Shown here: piece by piece, positions 55,101 through 64,000 of the stretch
Layout of the letters: every line of letters begins with the position of its first letter
How positions within the stretch are numbered: position 1 is the stretch's first letter
Source of the DNA: Octopus sinensis
Lineage: Eukaryota
DNA length: 64,000 nucleotides
Direction: 5' to 3'
Assembly (NCBI RefSeq): GCF_006345805.1
Contig: NC_043002.1
Location: 25,730,001 to 25,794,000, forward strand
The notes under the pieces: generated by a model
Seen by the model: the letters and a program-made list of their open reading frames with translations, nothing else
The model's database searches: none
Told to the model about the DNA's origin: nothing
Made by a program: the position numbers and the translations under genes

Positions 55101-57123
55101 GATTTGATCATCATTACTTAGAAAGTGTCTTCAGTGTCGCCAACTTTTGTCCTGTTTTCAGTGGTTGGATCATTCCAATCTACAGAATAAAGCTCTGTGG
55201 TCAGACTAAATGATCTCCTATAAGAACCGTTTTGAAAACACATTGGCTTCTATAAAGCTGTCTTCTCACATATTTCCTGTACGTTTTCATTCATGCTGAG
55301 GAAGCCAGTGGTGTTGATGAGCGTCCTTATTGAGCAGGGATCGTAGGAAGACCACAATGGCATAGGTTCGACTCTATGGAAATCAAGGTGGTCGATACCT
55401 TACTTAAAAAATACGAGGTATTGACTGGAACGAGGACAAATCAGTGTATTTCCAGTTTGGTACCTGGAGACGCAATTCCACGGCAACCGGTGTCAAGGCT
55501 CACCGGACCAACGGTCCTGTTAAGATGATCAAGGTTTGTTTGGGCCAGAACACCAGAAGAACAGCAACCAGGGTGAAGTTACGACGAGTGTGACCAGTTT
55601 TTCCCAGAAAATGAATTGAAAGTAATTTATCTCATATTTTACTGGCATCTCAAATGTTGTCAGACGTTCACGGTTTTCTGTCAATCGGGTAATGCAGCGG
55701 GTGTTATGTCAACAACTGCATTCTGTTATGGTCGGTTGAAACAATGAAGGCGTTCTCAGGATAATTCTCAGAGCCAATAAATTATAGCCGAATTATTTAT
55801 TTCGGAAGATTTCAATTACTTTTAGACAATTTCTAGAAATCTCTAGCCCAGTAATACTTACAGGGGAGTAGAGGACATTACTAATTCAGGATAAACTCTA
55901 ATTTACTGAAACATGTGAGAGAATGACGAGTTTGTCTAGTTTGTCAGTATATTCCTGCGGAGCAGAGTACGCAGCTTGGAGAAGGTATTTGACCTTAGCA
56001 GTGAGAGTATTCCCGGTCCTTGATTGGCTCCAAGTAGCCCTCCCTCTATTAAGATGATTATTTTTTTCTATACTGTTGTTTTCCACGTCTGTTGCTTTTT
56101 TAAAATCGATACAGTGTAACTCTCCGTCATTTCGCAATTCCTCATAGTAATTAATCCTTCATATGTCGTCTTAGTGGTAAAACACAGAACTTGTTGCCTT
56201 GGCAAAGAATAGCAGAATTGATAGCTGTCATTACATGTTCCATAATTGGCGAATCGTTGGAATATCGGACAAAATGCTTTGCACTATTTATTCTGGTTCT
56301 GTAAGTTCTGAACCAAAATTCCGTAACGGTCGACTTTGTCTTTCATTTCTTTGGGGTTGATAAAGTAAAGTACTCAAAATTGCTGACCTTCTGTATAAAT
56401 TAGAAACAAATATATGTTCAATTAAAATTGACTGTTATCAACATGTTTAATTAAATACAAAGTATATAATTTAATTAGTTTTGAAATGATGGCCTTCATA
56501 GAACGGCACAGAAGTATTTAAGGGGAGGTAAATCTAGAAATACTTTAATTTAATAATACTTTGGTTATCTCCCTTGAAACACATTCTGGAATTCTGGAAT
56601 CATCAGATCAATCGAACTTCTAAAGACACTATAAGACCACAACGTGCAATTTTTTCCGTTATCTACATCATTTTCAGTTCTTGTTTGTAAAACCTTTTAT
56701 CGTATGTCTCCATCTCCTTCTTGGTTACTCTTTTTTGTCTTTACCCTACCATCATTCCGAATTTAATTTTTCTATTTTATTGTGGACCCTTGTCTAATGC
56801 AAAATACATTTTTTGACGTCCCGTGATTGTGTTATATAACACTAAATTTCCTTCTAAATTTCATGTAGAATTCAATCCTAGGTACATCTGTTAACCCTCG
56901 ATTACCTCCTCATTATTTTTCTGCACCATATTTTAAAGGTGTCTATTCCGTTTTTGTAACCAGTTCTTAATCAGGTCACTGCTTTTCTATTGAGACGTTC
57001 CGCCCCTTCAAAGATGTAATTCAATCAAGTTGTTTTTGTTTTACCCATTCTTCTCTTTATCATTCGTGTAATCTGCATCTATAGAAATCATAGCTCCAAT
57101 AATGCATACATGCATACACACAT

Positions 57124-57159
<36 letters not shown>

Positions 57160-57653
57160 AAACATACATGCATACATACATACATACATACATACATACA
57201 TACATACATACATACATACATAAGCTAAAGATCAGTGAAAAAGAGAACACCTATGCTGAACTATTGAGAAATTTTCAGTTATTTTATCTAGATTACAAAT
57301 TCAGGTTTATACCTGTAATTATTGAGGCCCTGGAATATGAAACCCACTGCCTAAATACCACTCTTGAGAAATTAAGCTTCTCAAAACCAGAAAGGCGAAA
57401 GCTAATTCGAGGACTGCAGATCCAGTCCATCACTAGAACTGTAGAGAACTGTAAAACTTTCCAGAAGCTTATCATTTAAGTACATATGTGCATGTCTAGA
57501 TATGCAACTATATGCATGAGAATACATACATTAAACATACAAATCTGCACATACATACATACATACATACATACATACATACATACATACATACATACAT
57601 ACATACATACATACATACACTTACAAGCACACATGCATACACACATTTATGTA

Positions 57654-57860
57654 TACGAAGAGGTGCTGAAAAGTTCCTGGCTTTAAGGGTCTGGCGAAAG
57701 ACCTGGCTGGAGGCCAGCCATCCGAGTTCTTTTACAGGGCTTAGAAAAACTGAAGAACCGCTTCAAAAAGTGGGTGAAACTAAGAGGAGAATATTGAATA
57801 AAATCATAATTAACTGATCCTTCTGTATTTTCCTTTACTCAAAGTCAGGGGATTTTCAGC

Positions 57861-57866
<6 letters not shown>
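57654..57866. mobile_element. mariner-derived MITE
   Basis: TIRs GAGGTGCTGAAAAGTTCCTGGCTTT / AAAGTCAGGGGATTTTCAGCACTCT; the interior resembles a mariner transposase C-terminal end. Confidence 0.65.
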
Positions 57867-57891
<25 letters not shown>

Positions 57892-58049
57892 TGTGTGTGT
57901 GTGTTGCTATATAATAGAGGTGTAACGGTATAAAAAATATAACTGTGTATATTTACCATGAACATATAATAGAGTTTATAATTGTTTAAATGGGGACGTA
58001 GTTACAACCTTTTCAGTTTTCTTTGGTTGGTTAAAATAGAATTGTCTGC

Positions 58050-58330
58050 TTGGTCAGAGCTCAAAATATTTGTCTTTTTTTATGATATTTACAAAGAGAC
58101 CGACTTTTTATTTCAGCATTGATGAATACTTTTTTATATCGCTTTTAGATCAACTTCTTTTCTACTATTAGTTCAGTATCATCTGAATATTTGAGGTTGT
58201 TGATGTTCCACCTGTCAATATTTATTCCAGTATTCGTTCCAGTGTTTTAGAGATGTTGTGTTGGACATGAAACTGGACGTTAATGATTCTCCCGACGGCC
58301 TGTCGCAGGCCGTGGTATAAGACAAATAAC
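58050..58330 (-). mobile_element. Degenerate RTE-like RT fragment
   Basis: NINNLKYSDDTELIVE resembles RTE INNLRYADDT.L.AE. Confidence 0.5.
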
Positions 58331-58549
58331 GAAAAGCTGACAAGGCAGCATTATTAATGAAATTTTTTGGTGCTGCTTTTACGTTCTCTCTTCGTTGGTA
58401 TTTGATTTTTCTTCTTCGAGTTTTAATTCTAATCTTTATTTGTGTAGGGAGATGCTCACGACCACATCTGCAGTCAACACCTGCTGTGATATTTGCTACA
58501 TGAGTCATTATTTCCCATAACGTATCTACCTACCTACCTACCTACCTAC

Positions 58550-58593
<44 letters not shown>

Positions 58594-58607
58594 TTTTTTT
58601 TTTTTTT

Positions 58608-59380
58608 AATACCTTTCAAAAGAAAAGCTCTACCTTGTAATTTGTTCTATCTGTGTGCAGCCCTGTGTGGCTAATAAAGAAACATATCTATCGTCAATAT
58701 TGTCACGCCTCCTTCCTTCAAACGGGAAGGAAGAGCTATTTTCATCATCCTTGTGGCTATGGCGAAAGAATGTATCTGGTGGACGCGTCTGAAAGGATTG
58801 GAGACAAACACTTTCCTCTCTGGTCAATCTCTCATCAACTTCTTCAAGTACCACTTGAAAAGGAAAGTGAGAGTAGAGAGGCAAGTTTTGTCTAGCGAAT
58901 GTTTTAAAAAAAGATGGGTGAATGTAGCAAGAATGGCACGTATGAATGACGAAGCCACCTTGAGCATAGTCCTATGAACCCAGAAATCGAAAACAGAGAG
59001 TTGCTTATTGCAAAAAAAAAAAAAAAAAAAAAAAAGAAATATAAAATGTGACTTCATTGACCGAGGTTACCGTGGTCTTTTCCGCAGGCTTTTCTTCCAG
59101 GGTAAACCTCACCTGTCCTACCCTTTACACTTCATATTGACATTTCTGTGATAACGATCCTATTGATCATTTTTTCCTCCCCCCCCCTTTTTTTTTTTTA
59201 TTTTATTTTATTTTTTTAACCCCCCTTATTTTTGTCCTCTTCTCTCCTTTTACGATCCCTTTTGATCGAACCTCCCCTTCCTTTTTCTTTTTTTTTTAAT
59301 ACCTTCAAAAGAAAAGCTCTACCTTGTAATTTGTTCTATCTGTGTGCAGCCCTGGTGGCTAATAAAGAAACATATCTATC
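58608..59380 (+). mobile_element. 5'-truncated L1/Tx1-like 3' end, with a second copy of its last about 84 bp directly upstream
   Basis: Open frame 58696..58977 (...FIILVAMAKECIWWTRLKGL...FKKRWVNV...) resembles an L1/Tx1 ORF2 C-terminus (AK..IW..R). Direct repeats 58608..58692 and 59298..59380 differ by two 1-nt indels and contain AATAAA. Confidence 0.55.
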
Positions 59381-59451
59381 TATCTATCTACCTACCTACC
59401 TACCTACCTACCTACGTACCTACGTACCTACCTACCTACCTACCTACCTAC

Positions 59452-59522
<71 letters not shown>

Positions 59523-59555
59523 CCTACATACCTGCCTGCCTGCCTGCCTGCCTGT

Positions 59556-59586
<31 letters not shown>

Positions 59587-59636
59587 CCCGCCTGTCTGTC
59601 TGTCTGTCTGCCTGTCTGTCTGTCTGTCTGTCTGTG
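59372..59636. repeat. Graded tetranucleotide array (CTAC)n-(TATC)n-(CCTG)n-(TCTG)n
   Basis: Directly visible; adjacent units differ by 1-2 nt. Confidence 0.95.
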
Positions 59637-59872
59637 TAAAGCGCTTGGTTCAGTGGTTAGAGCATCGGGCTCACAATCATGAGGTAGTGAGTTCATTCCC
59701 GGATCGGGCTGTGTGTTGTGTTCTTGAGCAAGACACTTTATTTCACGTTGCTTTAGTTCACTCAGCTGTAGAAATGAGTTGCAATGTAACTGGTATCAAG
59801 CTGTATCGGTCTTTGTCTATTCCTTGCATAACATCGGTGGGGGTGTTTCTATCTATTTTTCTGTCTATCTTT

Positions 59873-59956
<84 letters not shown>

Positions 59957-60131
59957 GCGTAGCTATGTGGTTAGAAGCTTGCTTCCTAATCACATGGTTC
60001 CGGGTTCAGTCCGACTACGTGGCACCTTAGGCAAGTGTCTTCTACTATAGACTCGAGTCGACCAAAGGCTTGTCAGTGGATTTGGTAGAAGGAAACTGAA
60101 AGAAGTTCGCCGTATAAATATATATATATAT

Positions 60132-60233
<102 letters not shown>

Positions 60234-60689
60234 ATGTGTATATGTTTGTGTGGCTGCGTCTGTTCCCCCACCGTCGCTTGACAACCGATGTTGGTGTGTT
60301 TACATCTCCGTAACTTAGCGGTTTGGCGAAAGTGACCGATAGAATAAGTACTAGGCTTTCAAAGAATAAGTCCTGGGGTCGATTTTCTCGACTAAAGGCA
60401 GTGCTCCAGCGTGGCTGCAGTCAAATGACTGAAACAAGTAAAAGAATAAAAGAAAAATATATATAATGTACTGATCCGCGATAGTAAATTCAACAAAAAA
60501 AAAGTGCTCAATCTGGTGAGAGAGAAATATTATTTATTTAAAGGTCACAATACATATATTAAAGTGCTACTAATAGTTTTATATGTTGAGAAAACTCAAA
60601 CATAGTCTTCAGGCACAAACCACATATCATAACGAACTAAAGAAATTGAATAATAGAAGAAACACAAAAAATCAGAATCTCAAATCGAA

Positions 60690-62990
60690 ATTCTTAACTA
60701 TTTCACCGTCACTATTGAAGAACCTTTAGGTGACTCTAATCATTCCATGATCATGGTCGACTTGTCTCTGATTGGTTGTAACAAAAAACACAACCATCCT
60801 CAGACTGCCCGCTTTGACTGGAATAAAGCAGACTGGAGCTCTTATTGTACTGAGCTGCAACGCCCAAACGGGCTCGAATTTTATGCCTCTAGAGATGTGG
60901 ACACTATACTCCAGAACATTCTGAATTCAGCATCAGTACCACGCAAGCACAAAAAACCACCCAATAGTGCAATTTGGGAGAATGCAGCAGTCCGACTTGC
61001 CAGGAAAGAACGCCGTAATGCCGAACAGGAATACAAATTGCACAAATCAGAGAGCAACAGGAAAAAGCGCAATAGGTCAGCCAACCACCTCAAGCAGATG
61101 ACAAAAAAGGCAGTGCTTGAATTTGAACAACGCATCGCCCCTGACAACAAAGTGTTCTGGAAGTATGTGCACTCAAAGCAGAGACCCCACTCTCCAGTTG
61201 GTCCCCTTCGCAATCCCCACACAGGACAGATTACTGGCAATCCCAAAGAATGTGCAGAAATCATTGCTGGATGCTATGCCGGCATCTTTACTGTCGAAGA
61301 CCAAAATGTTCCAACTTCATCACCACTGACATCGGACTCCATATCTACTATGCAATTTACACCAGCAATGCTACAACGCCACCTTAAGAATAAACGCAAC
61401 TATGCCTCTCCTGGTCTCGATGGTGTTACATACCTACTTCTCAAACGCGGTGGGTACTTTCTTCTAAGCCAACTTTCTCAATTCTTCCAATTCTGTCTTG
61501 ACAATGGTGTTACTCCAGAACAGTGGAAAACTGCCAGTGTCATCCCTCTGTTCAAAAAAGGCGACTGCACATCGCCTGTCAACTAGTCTTACTAGCTGCA
61601 TCGCCAAACTGATGGAATCCTGTATCAGAGAAACCCTCTGGAACTTCTGGAAGTCTCACAGCCTCATCCAGCCGTCACAATTCGGATTTATTCCTAACTC
61701 CAGCTGCTGTAATCAACTCATCGAGTTTCTTGAGGACGTTACCCAAATCACTGACCGCGGATCCTGGGTGGATGATGTTTACCTGGACTTTGCTAAGGCT
61801 TTTAACTCTGTGCCACACAAAAGACTTATGGTGAAGCTTTCTGCGTTGGGCGTAAGAGACGAACTCTATAACTGGTTGAAGTCCTTTATTTTCGGCAGAA
61901 AAGAGGTTGTCACAGTTCTAGGACAGCACCCTTCGCCCTATGAGATGACATCTGGTGTACCACAGGGATCTGTTCTTGGCCCCCTTTTATTTGTTGCATA
62001 TGTTAATGACATACATGCCAACTTAAAGAATGCCACAGTGCTGAAATATGCAGATGACATCAAGCTGTACCTCGAAATAAAGAGGTCAAATCCTGTACAC
62101 TATAGATCTCTATTGCAAGCAGACCTGGACACAATGCAGCAGTGGATCATGGACTGGCAACTCAAGCTGGCTGTAGACAAATGTACCACCATTCATTTTG
62201 GGAGGAGAAATCCAGCGTCCACCTACTCCCTCCACAATACTAGTCTCAAAAAGTCTTCATGTGAACGTGACCTGGGTGTTATTGTCGACAGTGATTTGCG
62301 TTGGACAAAACACATCGCTAAAATTGTCAAGAAGGCTGAGGGTGTCTTGGCATCACTCACCAAGTCCTTTGTGAGCCGCTCTCCGACTATCTATCTGCGG
62401 CTTTATATAGCTATGGTAAGACCTCACCTGGAATTTGCATCACCGGTCTGGAACCCCTATCTTGCCCAGGATATCAATCGTCTGGAAGCCGTTCAGCGAC
62501 GTGCAGCCAAAAGAATACCCTCCATCCGGCATTTGCCATATCCTGAACGCCTTACTTCCCTGGGCATGGACACATTGAAACTCCGACGTCTGGCAGCTGA
62601 CTTAGCAGACACCCATAAAATTATCAACCATCGTACAAACAATAACTCTGAGCACCTTTTCAAACTCCACCCATCTAACACCCGTGGACATATTTACAAA
62701 GTCAGAAAACAGCACAGCTCCCATGACTTCAAGAAACATTTTTTCACGCTGAGAGTTGCTGAAGCATGGAGCAAACTGCCGGCATCAGTTGTTAGTTGCC
62801 GGAGCACTGCATCCTTCAACACTTCCATGCTTTCTGAGATTCGCCAACACTACACCTGATTTTCTCCCCTCCATACACACACAAGCATTATCTGACTCAT
62901 GCATTGTTCGCTTTCCAGACATTTGTACATTACTGCATATACTCTGACAAGTTGTGGTGCACCTGAGCACTGTATACAATAATTTCATCA
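60690..62990 (+). mobile_element. CR1/L2-group LINE, 5'-truncated ORF2 (endonuclease C-end + reverse transcriptase), one frameshift at about 61585
   Basis: EPLGDSNHSMI (APE SDH-like motif), SPGLDG, YLDFAKAFNSVPHKRL, SGVPQGSVLGPLLF, KYADDIKL, ERDLGVIVD, VRPHLEFASPVWNPY, FFTLRVAEAWSKLP; ORFs 60747..61586 and 61498..62859. Confidence 0.93.
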
Positions 62991-63067
62991 TTATTATTTT
63001 TAATTGTTAGAGCCGCCATAAAATTCTTAAGGGAAGTAACTTTGTAATATTTGAAAGAGTTATTTCC

Positions 63068-63519
63068 CCTAACAGTTATTCTTACTGAATGATGCGTGAT
63101 GAGATCATTATTCAAGAGAAAAAGGTGGCGAGCTGGCAAAAACGTTAGCACGATGGGCGAAATGCGTAGCCGTATTACGTCTGCCGTTACGTTCTGAGTT
63201 CAAATTCCGCCGAGGTCGACATATTAAGTACCTATTTCTTTATTACCCACAAGGGGCTAAACATAGAGGGGACAAACAAGGACAGACATAGGTATTAAGT
63301 CGATTACATCGACCCCAGTGCGTAACTGGTACTTAATTTATCGACCCCGAAAGGATGAAAGGTAAAGTCGACCTCGGCGGAATTTGAACTCAGAACGTAA
63401 CGGCAGACGAAATACGGCTACGCATTTTGCCCGGCGCGCTAACGTTTCTGCCAGCTCGCCGCCTTTTTCTCTTGAATAATGATCTCATCACGCATCATTC
63501 AGTAAGAATAACTGTTAGG
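63068..63519. repeat. 153-bp inverted repeat (63068..63220 / 63367..63519) made of unique flank plus SINE head
   Basis: CCTAACAGTTATTCTTACTGAATGATGCGTGATGAGATCATTATTCAAGAGAAAAAGG has its exact reverse complement ending at 63519. Confidence 0.92.
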
Positions 63520-64000
63520 TGAAATTAAGTACCAGTTATGCACTGGGGTCGATATAATCGACTTAATCCGTTTGTCTGTCCTTGTTTGTCCTCTCTGTGT
63601 GTAGCCCCTCGTGGGTAGTAAAGAAATAGGTATTTCGTCCGTCTTTACGTTCTGAGTTCAAATTCCGCCGAGGTCGACTTTGCTTTTCATCCTTTCGATA
63701 AAACAAGTACCAGTTGAGTACTGGGATTGATATAATCGACTATCCCCATCCCCCAAATTGCAGGCCTTGTCCATATTAGTAGAAAAGATTATTGAATAGA
63801 AAACGAAGGACGAAAATCATAATTTACATTATATATAATCTATAAGTAGTCTGTAGAATAGTAATAGCATGTAAAATAAATAAAAGCATGTAGAACTTTT
63901 TTTTTATCTGAACGGTTTTTTTTACCCAATATTCTACATGCTATTATTTATTATTGCAAAGGCGACGAACTGTCAGACTCGTTACTGTGTCGGCTAAATT

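Noticed and set aside
54600-56150. Higher-complexity stretch that may be an old minus-strand LINE
   Set aside because: No diagnostic motif could be read with confidence.

Overview
AT-rich, repeat-dense eukaryotic DNA, most likely octopus (inferred from the SINE families and the dense (TA)n/(CA)n/(CATA)n microsatellites). Three host genes were assembled by eye. (1) A complete 9-exon geranylgeranyltransferase-I beta subunit gene (PGGT1B-like), minus strand, 34449..51173, 369 aa. (2) A complete 2-exon secreted protein with two chitin-binding type-2 (CBM14/peritrophin-A) domains, minus strand, 8282..15133. (3) The terminal exon of a paralogous CBM14 gene on the plus strand, 3199..3371, facing gene 2 tail-to-tail. 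The rest is transposon debris: Tx1/L1-like, CR1-like, RTE-like and Penelope-like retroelements, pogo/Tigger, mariner, Mutator, Helitron, hAT- and piggyBac-type MITEs, and dozens of tRNA-derived SINEs. Most ORFs in the supplied track are microsatellite or SINE artefacts. I see no single unambiguous new system. The best leads are the convergent CBM14 gene pair, several hammerhead-ribozyme-like motifs with palindromic helix III (one in the loop of a long inverted repeat), a Tx1-like 3' end stacked twice in a (TATC)n tract, and two cases where a SINE plus unique flank was copied in inverted orientation. All coordinates, alignments and counts were made by eye; repeat boundaries are approximate.
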